Assembly (NCBI GenBank): GCA_965153285.1
Contig: OZ229111.1
Length of the DNA: 64,000 nucleotides
Reading direction: 5' to 3' (one strand)
DNA from: Podarcis tiliguerta
Lineage: Eukaryota
Positions 61,153-64,000 of the stretch are shown here, piece after piece. The notes below the pieces were generated by a model that saw only the letters and a list, made by a program, of their open reading frames with translations, did no database searches and had not been told where the DNA came from. The stretch's first letter is position 1, and each line of letters opens with the position of its first letter. The translations under genes were made by a program, and so were the position numbers.

Positions 61153-61937
61153 CTTTCCATTTTGTTTGGATGGCTGCTGCAAGTGTGAGGCACACTTTCT
61201 GTATTGATCCCAGGGCAGCCTGGAGTTTTGAACTCTAGCTAATAAAAGAGGACCATGTTAGCCTGGGGCCGTATGCCCAGGCCTGTGCTTCAACCTTTGT
61301 CTATTGCAGGAGGGCTGCAAACTCTTCACCCTCATTAAAAATAGAAATAAAGAAAGTGTGGTTTGGGACCAGAGTTCCTCTGACTTTATTCAGGCTTAGC
61401 CACAACTTACCTTTCCTCTGCGCTTTCCAGGCACAGTCTGGGGCAAGAGGTAAGTGTGCATAAACCCTCTGGCAATATTGCCACCCTGTATTCTGCCACT
61501 GTTGCTCCCTATGTTATTAAAGAAATAATCTCTTTCCTCATAACAGTGCATTTTAGTGATATAAAATGGAAATATATAAAAATGTCCCCAAATAGGACAA
61601 ATTTCCATTTTTACATGTTGTGCTGTCTTAATGCAAAGCCATCTAAAAGTGTGCCAAACCACTATATCATAAACTTTTTTATTATTTTTTTCTTGCTGAA
61701 ATCATGTAACTCAAATTCTTATATTTCAATTAATCTGTAATTGGGCAAAGAATATCGAGGGTCCAATACGTTGTGTTTTTTTTTAAAAAAGAGAATTTAA
61801 CAAAAACTTACTTATATTGAATACATATAAATATTTGGCCTTGTAAAAACACGGGAAAGACTAAGAATACAACAAGATTTTTTTCGGCTGATTAATTTCA
61901 CAAAATTCCAAAAAGTTTTCCAGAATTTTGTCTCTTT

Positions 61938-62046
61938 GCGGCAGTGAGAGACCCCATTAGCTAATGTGGTACCTCAGGTTAAGAATGGTTTCAGGTTAAG
62001 AACAGACCTTCGGAATGAATTAAGTTCGTAACCAGAGGTACCACTG
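61938..62046. mobile_element. 3' part of a mariner MITE of the 10920 family
   Basis: CCCCATTAGCTAA..TTCAGGTTAAGAAC..GAGGTACCACTG|TA. Confidence 0.75.
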
Positions 62047-62780
62047 TATTTCTATTGTTTTACTTGATGGGGGGTGGAGCTGCCCCCTTGCCCCCCATGG
62101 CTGGACCCACATTCCATAAATTTTCCACTGCATGTTATGTAAGTTGAAAAAGAAATGTGTTCTGTGCACACACATTTTGGTAAGCTTTTGGATCGATTGT
62201 GTATATATGCATATATTTGGCTCCAACTTCAAACAAGTGGCCAACTAGTTTTTAGCAATAAATAAACCATTACATTTTTCTCTGGCAGCATCCCAGCGGT
62301 AGGACCTAGCCTATTTATTTTTCTATAACAGGGAACTGCAGTCTGTTCCGTTCTTGCTTCAGGACCAGTAATGATGATTCAAAATATTGCAGTGAACCTT
62401 GTCCTTGAAGTAAAACTCAGAGAAATGTCACGATCTGCCCTCTTTCTCTGGCAAGGATCGGATTCTGCTGTGTGAATCTGAATTAACAGTGGTGCTTCCC
62501 AGCAGAGCTTCCCAATAAGAGCACTGGTAGGGAGGGTGAGAAGCCAGCCCTGAGAAGGACCCATCGACAATGTTACGCTTCATACAAATAAAACTGCTGG
62601 TATCCAGTGAGATGATAAGGCACAGCTGCTTTGTTTCATTTTCAGGCATTCCAAATGGGAAAAACTAAATGCAATGTGGGGAAGAGCAGTGGGAACAAAT
62701 GTGCTCCCTCCCTGTTTCTGTTGCCTTTTCACTCGTAAAAGACTACGTCTGCAGCAGGGAGTGTTTTGTATTCATGGATC

Positions 62781-63616
62781 CTGTGCCTTTTCCCCACCCA
62801 GAACTTGCTGGAACTCATTTCCGGCACCTCTCAGGCATGGGTGTACAAAGAGGGGTGCGGGGGGTGATAAAATGGCACTCGTCACCACAGGGTCTGCCGC
62901 ACGCATGAGCCACGTGTCTCAGCACCCGCAGGCTCCGAGCTGTCTGCCTGTTGCCTCTCTCCCAGCTGTAGAGCAGCTGAGGCCCCACTATTACCCCTGT
63001 ACCTATGGGAGCTGTGCCCCATCCCTATGGGTGTGGCGTGCCATGTCTCACCCCTACGGGTGCTGCACACCCTGTGGTGCGCGGCGCCCATAGGGATGGG
63101 GTTCATTGCCACGGTGTCCATAGGGACAGCATGGGATGGCATGGCATGGAGCGTGTGGTGCCCATAGGGACGGGGCATGCCACGGTGCCCATAGGGACGG
63201 AACAGGATGCTGAGCACCCCGTTCCGTCCCTATGGGCGCTGGGCACCCCGCCCCTATGGGTGCCACGGCCATGTCTCATCCCTACGGGTGCTGCACACCC
63301 TGTGGTGCACTGTGCCCTTAGGGATGGGGTGCACTGCCGCGGTGTCCATAGGGACAGCATGGGATGGCACGGCATGGCGCGCATGGTGCCCATAGGGACG
63401 GGGCACGGCATGGTGCCCATAGGCACAGCATGGGACGCTGAGCGCCCCGTTCTGTCCCTATGGGCGGTTTCCCCTGCCCCTGGGTACTCCACCCCAGGTG
63501 CCCGAGAGGCTTCCTCTACCGCTGCTCCCAGGTGGGCGCCATTGCCATTATATAAGAGAACGAGGGAGGTGCTCATGGTGAGTTCTGGCACATCTTTTCA
63601 TAGAAAAATAGCACTG
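62781..63616. mobile_element. hAT MITE (20356 family) split by an insertion
   Basis: GGAACTCATTTCCGGCACCTCTCAGG | GTGGGCGCCATTGCCATT..TAGAAAAATAGCACTG. Confidence 0.7.
62836..63524 (+). mobile_element. GC-rich hAT-like element, copy 3, with an internal 228-bp tandem duplication
   Basis: 8-bp TSD CTC(T/C)CAGG; right end CTTCCTCTACCGCTG complements the CAGGGGTGGAGGAAG terminus of copy 2; units ~63015-63242 and ~63243-63466. Confidence 0.7.
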
Positions 63617-63639
63617 CATGGAGTTTTAGAACCCAGCTT

Positions 63640-63800
63640 AGGAACATAAGAAGCTGCCTTATACTGAGTCAGACCATTGGTGAACCCAGCTCAATACTGT
63701 CTTCACTGCCTGGCTCTCTGTCGAGGTCTCTTCCTGCTCTACCTGGAGATGCTAGGAATTGATCTCGGGACCTTCTGCATGTAAGGTGGATGCCATACCC
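63640..63800 (-). mobile_element. Old SINE/CR1-tail fragment
   Basis: AACATAAGAAGCTGCCTTATACTGAGTCAGACCATTGG..GGGACCTTCTGCATG; related decayed copies near 975, 39220 and 58000. Confidence 0.55.
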
Positions 63801-64000
63801 ACCAACAGTTCCATTTTAAGCAGGGCATCCTGGAATCACAGAAGCCAATCCCGGTATGAGATACTCTAACACTGAGGTGTGGCATTTTCCCTTCCTGGTT
63901 CCCCAGGCTTCTAAAACATGCAGGGTCTTAAAACCACGAGGTTATTATGATTTTACAGTTTCCTCTCGGGGCTGAGAAAAAGAAATGCAGGTTCCTGCAG

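Noticed and set aside
63005-63649. 214-aa repetitive ORF, or a CRISPR-like array
   Set aside because: It results from a 228-bp duplication inside a GC-rich MITE; there are no unique spacers, no cas genes, and the context is eukaryotic.

Overview
Vertebrate (squamate, very probably lacertid lizard) nuclear DNA. The + strand carries the last four coding exons and 3'UTR of ARL8B (731-~6330). It then carries the complete 12-exon EDEM1 gene: CpG-island promoter with a UPRE-type site at ~12.36-12.9 kb, CDS 12895-31487 (1944 nt, 647 aa), and a 3'UTR possibly to ~34.6 kb. This is the same gene order as human 3p26. From ~35 kb to the end I see no host gene. That region holds squamate transposons (Squam3 and Sauria SINEs, tRNA/CR1-tail SINEs, CR1, BovB, L2-like tails, Tc1/mariner and hAT MITEs, Penelope-like ends), degenerate Gypsy-gag and DIRS/Ngaro relics, and several homeodomain/Meis/POU/Sox motif-rich blocks that look like enhancers. 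The most unusual observation is a diverged ~120-bp tandem duplication of the EDEM1 intron 4/exon 5 junction. It creates a decoy splice acceptor leading to a premature stop and an AG|GT that could act as a recursive splice site. I see no convincing new multi-gene system. Almost all ORF-track entries are spurious or shadows of exons and repeats. Family and orthologue assignments come from recalled sequences, not database searches.
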